A DNA stretch of 64,000 nt from Vitrella brassicaformis CCMP3155 (taxonomy: Eukaryota; Protista; Chromerida): positions 332,119-396,118 of the forward strand of contig CDMY01000395.1 in the NCBI GenBank assembly GCA_001179505.1. Direction: 5' to 3'. Shown here in pieces: positions 62,250-64,000 of this stretch. Position 1 is the stretch's first letter. Each line of letters begins with the position of its first letter. The position numbers and the translations under genes are program-made. Under the pieces are notes generated by a model that worked only from the letters and a program-made list of their open reading frames with translations, had not been told where the DNA came from and did no database searches.

Positions 62250-63750
62250 CAGGGAATCCACCTTCGATACACGTACGCACACACAACACCTTCAGAGGTC
62301 CGTCTGCTAATGGGCGTGTTCCCTTGCGCTGATGGTGGCGGGTGCGGGTGCGTCTCCGGCGGTGAGGTCGTGGAACACCTTGAGCACCGCATGACATAAC
62401 TCGCCCTGACACACACAACACACAATGCATCCATACACACCAAAACACACACTCCTCGGCTCACTCTCACCGACCGCGTCGTAGTTTGTGTCTTGTGCGA
62501 ATGGCTCCACAGCTCCTCCCAGGCTGGCACACATGATGCCGTATGAGTCCGATGCGACCCCAGACTGAAACACAGGAACGCACGAAAGCACCAACAGATG
62601 GATGGCTGTGTGCTGATGGATGGAGGTACCTACCTCTATGGCCGGCTGGCATGTGTTGCGCCATGTCTTGACCAGCTCGACACCTGACAGAATGGCACAG
62701 CACAACGCAGCGGTGGGGAGTCACATATACGTTGGAGAGGGGCCACTTACCGACAACCCCCTTGTCCCTGAGCATACTGGCGAAGGATAGACACTGTCAA
62801 GAGAGAGCGGTGCACTCAGGGATAGACCTTTCCCTCTCTGTGTCTGTCTCTCTCGGTGTGTCGCCGACCGTGTCGTAGCCCTTCGGCCTGGCCCTCTTAT
62901 TGATATCGACAGCGGCAGCACCCAACCCCACCACCTCTGATTTGCTATCCTTTACTCCGCCTGCAGAAAAAGGAAAGTCAGCCGCCTTTATCCATTCTCC
63001 TCTCTCTGCTGGATGCTCTCCCCACCCCTGTTTCTCGAAGCCATCAGATCCATCTCTGTCGGCGCCTCCCTGTCGCCAGTATCAGCTGCAGTGCCCCCTC
63101 CCTTGTCTTTCGTATCGTCAATGACCTCGTCCCACTCTGTGTCGGTCGTGTCAACGGCGATAGAGGGAGGAGCCCGGGCACGAGTAATGTGCTGCTGCTG
63201 CTGCTGCTGCTGCTGAGGGCGGCTGGCCGCCGTGGCATGTGCAGCACTGAAAGCGGACACGCACATCAGTTTTTTCCTTCCATGTTCCTTCCCACTTCTC
63301 CCACTTGTTCGTTGCGGTTTCTTTGGTGTGGACGGTATCGTCATACGGCGCCGCCCTCTGCAGTGAGGAGTCGAACTGGTCCACACCCAGTGCAGGTGCC
63401 CTCTCGTGGGCCTCCTGGTGCTGTCTGTTGCTGCCATGGCCATGGCGGTGGGTGTGGCCGTGCCGCTTGTGCTGGCCCTTCTTGAGCTGCAGCAGACCCG
63501 TGGGAGCGTCTTGCTGCCTGGCCGACACCTCACAGAGGGCACATGATGCCGTCAACACGAGAAGCTGCAAAGAGGGAACACGCACGAGATGGATGGATAA
63601 AAGTTCCTCCTTGCACCAGCATGAATGGCGTGATGGCAAGGCCACCGCATCCGCCGCTTCTTTGCCCCTCCCTGGCCATTTTGTGCCCTCAAAAGCGATT
63701 TCCAGCTCCCGTTCTAAGCTCGCAAGGGGCTTGCCCGCAGCGACATTCAC
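62250..63750 (-). CDS. Hypothetical multi-exon protein (poly-Q, acidic stretch); model unresolved
   Basis: Exon-like blocks flanked by ag/gt (GVELVKTWRNTCQPAIE; SGVASDSYGIMCAS...; QQQQQQQHITR...EWDEVIDD). Start and stop not established. Confidence 0.35.
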
Positions 63751-64000
63751 AGATCTTGAAAATGGCCGTCGACATCAGTCACACTCGGGTGAGAGGAGAG
63801 GAGCCTGCAGGCCAAGCAATGCATGAGCAAAGTGTCAGAAGTGCAAGTCGGTCCAGGGTTTAGGGTCTAGGGTTCATAGACCGACGATCCACTGATCTGT
63901 GAGACAGGACGGCTGTTGAGTCTGTCCGTTCCATGAGACAGGCCATGGCGGACAGGACGTCAGACAGGATGGACTGACGCATACTACATGTCCTACGTGG

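Noticed and set aside
1-64000. Hundreds of overlapping ORFs containing CVCVCV, THTHTH, LSVCLSV or RQTDRQTD
   Set aside because: These are translations of intronic microsatellites or antisense shadows of GC-rich exons, not genes.
1-64000. rRNA, tRNA or snRNA genes
   Set aside because: No cloverleaf with T-loop/D-loop consensus or conserved rRNA segments was seen by eye; a tRNAscan-SE/Infernal run would be needed to exclude them fully.

Overview
Eukaryotic nuclear DNA: gene-dense, GC-rich, with many short GT-AG introns full of (CA)n/(GT)n/(GACA)n microsatellites and several bipartite (signal + transit peptide) leaders. This is most consistent with a chromerid alveolate such as Vitrella brassicaformis (inference from style and gene content, not a database match). 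I spliced genes by hand from the ORF track, so exon limits are approximate, and family calls rest on recalled motif consensus. Contents: a secreted protein with an apparently complete zona pellucida (ZP) module, furin site and beta-rich acidic tail; an ER-type M20 amidohydrolase; a plastid alpha/beta hydrolase; an OPR-type helical-repeat protein; two dispersed copies of an F-box-like gene, each with a different single frameshift; plastid RlmN; an SLC22-like MFS transporter; small secreted Cys proteins; a RING protein; a large TmcB/TmcC-like membrane protein in a lower-GC block; an RIIa (ROPN1L/RSP11-like) protein; ISN1 nucleotidase; a degenerate RsmI-like protein; a U-box/NleG-like protein; a Plus3+SWIB protein; a frameshifted GT32 glycosyltransferase; a tandemly amplified multi-exon coiled-coil cassette; a kinase pseudogene; and a SWEET transporter. 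There are two 300-N gaps. No rRNA, tRNA, CRISPR or recognisable transposase was seen. The top lead is the ZP-like module in a non-animal.
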